This document shows, piece after piece, positions 59,031 to 64,000 of a DNA stretch of 64,000 nucleotides. Every line of letters begins with the position of its first letter. Positions within the stretch are counted from its first letter, which is position 1. Position numbers and translations under genes: made by a program. The notes below the pieces were generated by a model. That model was not told the origin of the DNA. It saw only the letters and a program-made list of their open reading frames with translations, and did not search any database. This DNA is from the human T2T-CHM13v2.0 reference genome, Homo sapiens: assembly GCF_009914755.1 (NCBI RefSeq), contig NC_060928.1. One strand, 5' to 3'.

Positions 59031-61087
59031 AATTTAATAGACCATGCAATTAAAACCTCATCATTTCACAAACTGAAAAATAAAAATCAGAACTAAATTC
59101 CAAGGAGATTAAATGCATGGCCCAAAGTCACATGGCTAAAAAATGGCAAAGGCCCCAATTACTATATTTTTATTCAACAAATACTTACTGGCTTTTCACT
59201 ATATACAAGACACCGGGCTCAGTATTCAACAGAGAAAAATGTGAATAAGGAATCACTATGCCCTAAAGAAAGCTTTCTCCAACTTTTTCATGTCTCAGTA
59301 TTTGGTGTTTTGTATCATTTCTGAATCCTTGAGGCATGTACATCTAGAAAATAGACTGAGCATCCTCAAATCCTCAAATTGGATTCCTTAATAAGAGTTA
59401 AAGTTTAAAATCTAAAGTTAGCAAAAAGAAAGAGAAAAAATGTGGAAGAATTTTAGATGTTGCCTGAAGTCATGGTTTTAAATAAAAAAGTATATATGAT
59501 AGTATGTGACCCAGAACAAAAAAGTATAATTTGCTTAACCCAAGAGGCTCATTTTTGGCTAAAAATATGTCATGGTCTGATGCTTTTAAATTAAACTTTT
59601 ATTACTTAGCCATGTAAAGTATTTGATTTTTGAAAAGACTTTATAATCAAGTAATTAACAAAGGAATACAAGGACATTTATAAAATGTGAAGTGAAGAAA
59701 GACTACAAGGGACACGGTCAACTTTAATTTCTTTCCAATTGGAAGACTTTTCTTTAAGTCTTGTAAATTACATGCTTCTCTCTTTGACTTCTCTCTGGTA
59801 CTTCCAGGAGAAAAATTCATGAAGCAACACAAAATGGTCATGGCAATAAATATTTCTTGTTCTAAGGATGTGAAAATAGACGTCTATTCTACTGCACTCT
59901 CTCATTTACAGAGCCAGATTGGGTGCTACTCTCATGGGTTTGCATTGCTATCTCCCAGGTAATTCAGTCCTCCTGTATTTTGGGCTTGGGTGCATTGAGC
60001 AAGCAATTTCCTATTGGTTCCGCTTTCTTATACAAAACACAAAGCATGCCCTTAAAAGTAGGGGTTAGACATATATTACTCCAACAGGCACTATTCTCCA
60101 CATGACTCATAAAACTGATGGGCATTCCTCAGACTCAAACAGACAGGTTGCGGTGGCTGCCTACTTCATTTCACACATCTCATTTTTATAACTTCAGTCA
60201 CTTTCCGATTTCTCCTGAGTGATTTCTATTTGAGCAACTGCTTAAGTTCAGTCATAAAGATCTGCTAGCTTCAGAAATAGGCTCTCAAATGTGACCTTCA
60301 TTTAAATGTGTAAGGCAATTTCAGGGCTCTCTAACATTTCTGAGTTTAAGGTACTATTGACAATGCCAAATACAATGTTCTTGCTTTTTATAGCCAGTAG
60401 TATTCTTCTTCTTCTACTTCAGAGTTCAACTAAAGACCTGAAATGCTAGATAGAATCTGTGCAAGCTTTGGTTAGGCTCACAGGATCAACTTACTACTGT
60501 CCTTGTGTTAAACACCCGGTCTAGCTAATCAGGTGTCCTACTACTGAAAATGCTATAACCACCTAATATTTATCAGAAATAACTAAAAAAAAATAAACCT
60601 CCAAGTTTACTGCTCTAAGAAACTGATCTATCAAGAAAATGTGCTGTATTCATGTTTAACAATTTATTCAATATGTGTTCATGATTCTACATGTTAACAA
60701 TTATTTTGGGTTAAGTGTACAATATTTTAATAAGTGGAAATGTGTGATTGTGTTGACCTCTGACCCAATTCGGCACTGCTTGATTTGTAATAGCACTTAC
60801 TACTCTCCCTGCTACTTCTCTCGAAGCTGTCTCCACCTTGGAGAAAGATAAAAGGGGAGAGGGGGAGAAATGCCTTTAGCAATTCAATTCAACAGCTATT
60901 CAGTGTGCTTCCACCATGTTCCAAATATGGAGTTTAATGATAGAATGCAGCAAACAGCAGACGATGGTTCTAGTCTTAAGGAGTTTGTGGTCCAGGAATG
61001 GTCACAGTCATGCACATAAACAGTTGGTCCAGGAAGAGTAGAATAAAGGGTAAAATAGAGGTAGATCTAAAGAATTGTGGATACACT

Positions 61088-61225
61088 GGCCAGCCACGGT
61101 GGCCAACACCTGTAATCCCAGCACTTTGGGAGGCCGAGGCAGGAGCATCCTTTGAGTCCAGGAGTTGGAGATCAGCCTAGATAGCAGAGTGAGACCCCCA
61201 TCTCTACAAAAAATTAAAAAAAAAA
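61088..61225 (+). mobile_element. FLAM_C / AluJ left monomer
   Basis: cctgtaatcccagcactttgggaggccgaggcaggag...gagacccccatctctacaaaaaa. Confidence 0.88.
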
Positions 61226-61732
61226 GAATTGTTGAAAAACAGAAGAAGGAGGAAACAATTCTCACCAGCAGTGCAGGGAGATTTTCTCAAACAGAGGAAA
61301 TTAATAGGGTTTTGAAGGCAAAAAAAAAAAATTCCGAAGCAGAGAATGAAAATTCTCACTGATGTAATAGCTGGAGCAAATGTGTTGAGAAGGAAAAGTT
61401 CAAATTGCATTTAAGGAGCTTCTATACAAAAGCGTTGGTGGAAAAGAGTCATGCATGGTCAGTTGCAGCTTTATGTTGTTTTGTCTCTAATTCATGTGCG
61501 TGTCTTTGTTTAGTGCAACCAAGCCCCCACATAGACATTTTTAATCTCATAATGCCAGGTCCTCAGGCAGGCTTTCCTAAAATGGCCTGTTTTCAACTGA
61601 GGCCTACAGGGCGATTTGGCACTGGCTGTGACTGGACTGTTTTCCAGGGTAGTCCACCCTCTAGGATTAGAAGATCTCAAATAGCCTAAGCTGTGTGAAG
61701 GCAGAGGAACATTTCTTTTCTGAGAAAAATAA

Positions 61733-62043
<311 letters not shown>

Positions 62044-62254
62044 AGTAATTACTATTTTTATTTTACCATCTTCTTTTCCATACATTGAAAGCAGCCATTA
62101 GCATAAATAATTGTGCTAAACTTTTCTTGAGCTGCTTCAGTTTCTTTGTGGACATAGAAAAAGCTCTCCTCTCTCCCCATCTCTTAATCCATGATGTCAC
62201 TTCTCAGCTTACATGTCAACTGAGTTAATTTCTGAGGAGTGTCTAGCTCTAGCG

Positions 62255-62303
62255 ATGTTGAAAATATATTCTCCCACCAATGTTGAAAATATATTCTCCC
62301 ACC
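62255..62303 (+). repeat. Perfect 24-bp tandem duplication
   Basis: atgttgaaaatatattctcccacc at 62255-62278 and 62280-62303. Confidence 0.95.
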
Positions 62304-62323
62304 CGTGATTTCATGGTCTAAAG

Positions 62324-62940
<617 letters not shown>

Positions 62941-63569
62941 GTCTAAAACATTGACAGAGTGGGCCTATTGCTTCTGAAGTTGCTTGCTTCTACAGTGTTA
63001 TATTTTTCTCTATACACTATCTCTGCAAATGATATTGTTCTCTGTCTTAGATGCTGACTTGTTTGCTGCTGTTAATCACTCCACCTCTATTACTCAACCT
63101 GTTATTATTATCATCTTTATTATCTACTGTGCATAGTTCATATACATTGCTTATTTAATCTTGACAGCTGTCCAAATGGTATAACTAAGTAAAACAACAC
63201 AGAGTGTTAAAGAATTTGCCCAAGATTATACAATTCTTAAGTGGCAGTTACAAAATTTAAACCTATTTCAGCATTGTACCAGTTCTCTTGAAAACACATA
63301 TTGTCTCCGTGTCTTCTCCCAATAATTATATTCTTTTCCAAGGTTTCCCTTCATATATAGCTACCTATGATTACTTTTTTTTTTCATTTTCAATGCTTAC
63401 CACCATCTTTGCAGCTGGATTCTAGTAATTCTTACCTAATTCTATTGTCACTTTGTAACTGAGTATTGGCTTTCTAATAATCACATATGAGATGAAAGAA
63501 TTAAGCACTTTAAATTTATTAATTTAAATCTTAAAATGGACACTAATAAAAGTGAATTAGTAACAATAA

Positions 63570-63800
63570 TAGTGGCAAATATTTTTGAGCCAGAATCAGG
63601 ACTGAGTTTTTCCATGTTTTAAGCTTCAATATTTCTATGAAATGAATAGTGTTATTATTTACATTGTGTAGTTTTTTTAAAAAACTAGGTCATAGGGAAG
63701 CTGCCAGTCTACCTAAGGTTGCAGAGCTAATAAGAAGTGGCAGAGCTAGAATTTGAACTCAGGCAATCTCACTCAAAAGCATATAGTTTAACTATTGAAC
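63570..63800 (-). mobile_element. MIR SINE
   Basis: cagagctaataagaagtggcagagctagaatttgaactcaggcaatct. Confidence 0.75.
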
Positions 63801-63820
63801 TAAGAAAGAATAATAATAAT

Positions 63821-63895
63821 GGAAAAAAGGAAGGAAGGAATGAAGGGCCGAAGGAAGGAAAGAAGGCATACAGGAAGGAAGGAGGGGGGAAAGAA
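63821..63895 (+). repeat. (GGAA)n-like purine-rich simple repeat
   Basis: Degenerate ggaa repeats visible directly. Confidence 0.8.
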
Positions 63896-64000
63896 TCTGA
63901 AAGCTGTGATGAAGGGGAAAATTCATTGGAAATTAAGAGATCTAAATTATAGATGAGACTCTGTTTTTGAGCAGCTGTATGAATTTAGGCAAGTCACTTC

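Overview
AT-rich, CpG-depleted human/primate genomic DNA, intronic or intergenic and dominated by interspersed repeats. These include about 12 Alu copies (one with AluYa5-lineage diagnostic bases, which points to human), a 5'-truncated L1PA15/16-like element, a near full-length degenerate L1PA13-like element, older L1M/HAL1/L2/MIR fragments, a THE1 MaLR element with internal sequence, several solo LTRs and MER58 DNA transposons. I see no intact protein-coding gene that I recognise, no RNA gene and no CpG island. Most listed ORFs fall in repeats or are short enough to be chance. A few splice-site and poly(A) patterns in unique DNA could be exons of a long gene or lncRNA, but this is low confidence. 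I found no evidence for a new biological system. The notable signals are mutational fossils read directly from the sequence: a 233-bp templated insertion with an 8-bp target duplication, a 54-bp-arm palindrome, two Alus sharing a thrice-copied target site, an old 175-bp direct duplication and a 43-bp duplication around an L1 fragment. Repeat subfamily names come from recalled consensus features, not from a RepeatMasker run.
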